This document shows positions 63,718-64,000 of a DNA stretch of 64,000 nt, piece by piece (the first letter of the stretch is position 1; each line of letters starts with the position of its first letter). The DNA lies in the NCBI RefSeq assembly GCF_963676685.1, contig NC_092353.1:16368001-16432000 (forward strand), given 5' to 3'. Below the pieces are notes generated by a model. It did not search any database. It saw nothing but the letters and a program-made list of their open reading frames with translations, and was not told the DNA's origin. This DNA is from Mytilus edulis. Taxonomy: Eukaryota. The position numbers were made by a program, and so were the translations under genes.

Positions 63718-64000
63718 GTAAGTGTTCATCATTATTGATTCGAGCGTCAATGATGAATCTTTTGTAGACGAAACGCGCGTCTGGCGTAAATATAAAATTT
63801 CAATCCTGGTATCTATGTTGAGTTTATTTACTTTACTTTTGATAGATGGGGTTATTTCTTCAATGTCCCTTTTTTGTAGACCCAAGGCTTAACCGAAAAT
63901 ATGGCCATCTTTTGGTCATCTTCCGACTGACAGTTTGAATTTGCTCTCATTGTCCGGTGGTATTTCAAATTTCCAGTCCTTCATCCAGGGAGACCCCTAT

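Noticed and set aside
63880-64000. Terminal exon of the TSP1-EGF gene
   Set aside because: An acceptor is present, but the phase-1 frame stops at 63938 and a different frame looks more open; unresolved at the window edge.

Overview
AT-rich, intron-containing animal DNA. The gene families and dispersed repeats point to a bivalve, probably a mytilid mussel (recognised from memory, not by a search). Most ORF-track entries are spurious, so genes were rebuilt by reading GT-AG exons. The + strand carries an immune/mucosal-type cluster. (1) Four paralogous perlucin-like C-type lectin genes share one exon layout, have non-canonical sugar motifs, and all end in a separate micro-exon encoding [IV][IV]G(R)(R)-stop. 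(2) A type II membrane gene (Tyr-motif tail, TM, Cys-rich module, EGF, IgGFc-binding domain) sits inside the lectin array and has a premature stop. (3) A TSP1-EGF-unknown-domain gene occupies the right end. Between lectins 3 and 4 is a 12.4-kb triple-nested mobile structure. An ATAT-flanked TIR element (31584-44020) contains an 11.5-kb CACTA/EnSpm-like element with 26-bp subterminal arrays (32001-43503). That in turn contains a 2.9-kb Crypton-type element bounded by TTAATTAA, which encodes an apparently intact 4-exon, 521-aa tyrosine recombinase. Other mobile DNA includes a foldback element with a Penelope-like insert, a CR1 fragment, Helentron-type HINEs and MITEs.
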